The position numbers and the translations under genes are program-made. DNA of 49,427 nucleotides, from NCBI GenBank assembly GCA_032718475.1, contig JAUCBJ010006007.1, positions 1-49,427 of the forward strand. The letters run 5' to 3'. This document shows positions 47,489 to 49,427 of the stretch, in pieces (position 1 is the stretch's first letter; the number at the start of each line of letters is the position of its first letter). Source of the stretch: Nemertoderma westbladi (lineage: Eukaryota > Animalia > Xenacoelomorpha). The notes beneath the pieces were generated by a model. The model had not been told where the DNA came from, ran no database searches, and saw nothing but the letters and a program-made list of their open reading frames with translations.

Positions 47489-49427
47489 TCTTTTTGGTGC
47501 CAAATGTGGTGCTGCACCAAAATTAAACATTTTCAAATTTGGGATGAAAATTACAAAAGTTGCCATTAGTCGAGAAAAAACAACTTATCGAAAAACTGAT
47601 TTCAGAATCGGAATCACCATAAAATTCAATTAATTAAATCAATTAATTTTGATCATAAATTCAATCAATCAATACAAACATTTAATTTATTTCATCAACT
47701 TATCCATTATTGATACAATCCAAACCAAAGAATTGTTATATAATATCGTATTCGTTCCAAAGATACAGTTATAATTATATATTTATAATGTACCATTTTC
47801 AGTCCCCCCCCCCCCCCCCTCCCCAATAGAGGCTCCAACATTTCTTAAAAACTAAAATAATATAAAAACGTTGACTCATTGACCTGAGGACGCTGAGGTT
47901 ATGTCAGAAAATAGGTATTTCGCTTATTGTTTTGGTAAATTATCAATCAATTTTTGATTTCAAAAAGTTTCATAAAATATAATTATCATTATATACTAGT
48001 GCCGCGATAATATAAAACTTATAGCCACAGAAAGGTTGAGGTGGTAGAAAGTTACACATCTAGTGGAGCCGAGTAAAAAAGTGTTAATTAATTCACGGTG
48101 GCTATTTTTTTAATGAGTTGGTTTGTAATTGGCTTTCCAATTGAAATAATTGGAATTACTGGCTTTCAGATTGAAATCTTTAACTTCTAGAGTTACGGTT
48201 GTCTGTCCGCGTGACTGTCCGTCTGTCTGTCAAAACATAGAGAGCCGACTATCTCCTATTATAGCGCTAAATTATTTTTGGTAGTTTATGACTCTGATGA
48301 TAAAACAAGTGGTAAAAACAAATAAAGTGAGAAAAATACTGCAATATTATTGTCACGTAATTGAACGTGCTGATTCCAAAAATACAGATTAGGTTCTAAA
48401 AAAGCAAATGATGAAGAAGTGCCATTTTAAGACAAATATAAAATTTCCGAGATCTCTGCTAGAGGGCTCCAGCAATGACCACAAAATAATTTTTGCACCA
48501 GTAAACCTCCCCTTCCTTTTAATACGATATTCTGATATTAAAATACAAAATGATTTAATGCCAAATATATTTCCCTATAATAAGTAAATCGAAAAGAACC
48601 GTTTAGAAACCAACGCCCAATAAACCAACACTTTGGGGATGTTTGCAACAACATACACTACAACTGACCACAGTAGCACCGGGGTACGAGTTTATGTTCA
48701 ACTCATCTGCTGTTCATAACTCTGTGAGTCGCGGAAGTCAATCAGACTGTGTAAAGCAAAGTGCATTAACAAATATATTTAACAGGAAAGGAAAGTAATC
48801 TTCCGTTTTTATCCCAAATATTTTATAAAATAAGTTAATTAATCTAACCTTCTCTCACTAATTTTCCAGAAAATTAGTTCAAAATTATTTTTTTTCACTA
48901 ATTTTTCAACATTAGTTAAAAAATGACTATTAGCTGTTATAATGATATTTATAGATTACATTCGAAAAAACTAAGAATAAGGCCCTCACTCCACTTGTAA
49001 GACAAGTCAGTCCACTTGTAAGACAAGTCACAAGTCATTTCCGCTCATTTGAAGAAATATAAGATGCGTCTCACATGCTAATACACATTCACATTTATTT
49101 TAAGTAACCAATCACAGGCCTCAAGATTGTCATAAGTCAAACGATGGAACGTAATCACTTCACATCCGAAGATGGGAGAAAACTTACGACTTACCAGTGG
49201 AGACAAGGAGGAGATTAGGATACAATAAGAAGTCCACAATAGTAAAGTAAGTAACTACAAGCGCAAAAACATCTGTCGGAAATTGTGGCAAAAAATGATC
49301 AGATATGTGGCTGACGTTAAATAATTTTGAGGCGGATGGGAAATGGACGCAAATACTATCTCTGCCGAATTAATATTTCACCTAAATATGTTAAATTATA
49401 AATTTAAGGAAAGGAGCTATTTTAAAG

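Noticed and set aside
48650-49260. Upstream ataxin-7 exons (acceptor-like site ~48750, GTAAGT donor ~49190)
   Set aside because: All three frames after the acceptor hit stops, and no ataxin-7 N-terminal zinc-finger motif is visible.

Overview
AT-rich eukaryotic (invertebrate-like, probably bilaterian) genomic DNA; nothing prokaryotic and no CRISPR array. The only host gene I can support is the 3' part of an ataxin-7/Sgf73-family gene (SCA7 domain; SAGA deubiquitinase-module subunit) on the minus strand. It has six phase-compatible exons: 45689-45814, 43797-44092, 43311-43437, 41178-41398, 37890-38734 and 21447-21766. Its introns are filled with tandem repeats. These include a ~14 kb 49-bp satellite split by a young RTE-clade LINE with an 11-bp TSD, a 41-bp VNTR that is an amplified copy of an exon end plus its GTAAGT donor, a 26-bp satellite, and an AT minisatellite with a solo LTR. 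Downstream of the gene (1-20.3 kb) is a transposon cluster: the 5' end of a putative LTR retrotransposon, several RTE copies and MITEs. It also contains a ~9.4 kb element with multi-kb inverted arms. That element has AGT(A/G)GTAG termini like Polinton/Maverick elements, self-complementary end hairpins, CTCF-like bipartite motifs, tRNA-like Pol III cassettes and a central C2H2 zinc-finger/acidic ORF. All alignments and counts were made by eye; repeat boundaries are approximate and family assignments need database confirmation.
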